A stretch of DNA of 64,000 nucleotides from Takakia lepidozioides (taxonomy: Eukaryota; Plantae; Bryophyta): contig CM060731.1 in NCBI GenBank assembly GCA_030704615.1, positions 91,512,001 through 91,576,000 on the forward strand, written 5' to 3'. The notes beneath the pieces were generated by a model that had not been told where the DNA came from, made no database searches, and saw nothing but the letters and a program-made list of their open reading frames with translations. Positions within the stretch are counted from its first letter, which is position 1. The number at the start of each line of letters is the position of its first letter. Shown piece after piece: positions 63,761 through 64,000 of this stretch. The position numbers were made by a program, and so were the translations under genes.

Positions 63761-64000
63761 CACACAATTAGTTTACTATTAATGTGCTAGGTCAGTGAAA
63801 AAGTAGTTAAATGTTTTTACTTCTTATTATCCACATATATATTGTGATTACACGTGCCATTGTTTAACTGGTTGTCTCAGTCAGTTCATTTTAGGTAGTC
63901 AAAGTCTCTCACTACAGTCAAAATTTTCGCGGTTGTCTAACGCGTCGAATATTTTAAAATAAATTTTGACTGCAAAATGGTTGGAACAGTCAATGACAAC

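Overview
Repeat-rich eukaryotic nuclear DNA from a land plant. PLS-type PPR repeats and plant-type gene families suggest a seed-free plant, but the taxon cannot be fixed from sequence alone. There is one clearly intact host gene, a 5-exon AIG1/IAN GTPase (4097-6917). Decayed host genes are a NIP7 split by a PIF/Harbinger transposon, an STK16-like kinase with three lesions, and many PPR fragments. Other TEs are Gypsy, Copia, LINE, hAT and CACTA remnants. The most notable structure is a family of large Mutator-like elements. Their transposase has a GCM-type zinc domain, a MULE-type DDE core and a SWIM finger, and they end in a (GCTCAYG)n...TAG terminus. They carry regularly spaced arrays of a 22-bp palindrome, GGAAATGCGG-NN-CCGCATTTCC, whose half-site resembles the GCM binding site; one array has an exact 53-bp period. 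Related copies carry a spliced, bacterial-type beta-class DNA amino-methyltransferase-like gene and a divergent pair of intact paralogous ORFs of unknown function. Several local inversions have scrambled these elements. All assignments come from reading motifs by eye; no searches were run.
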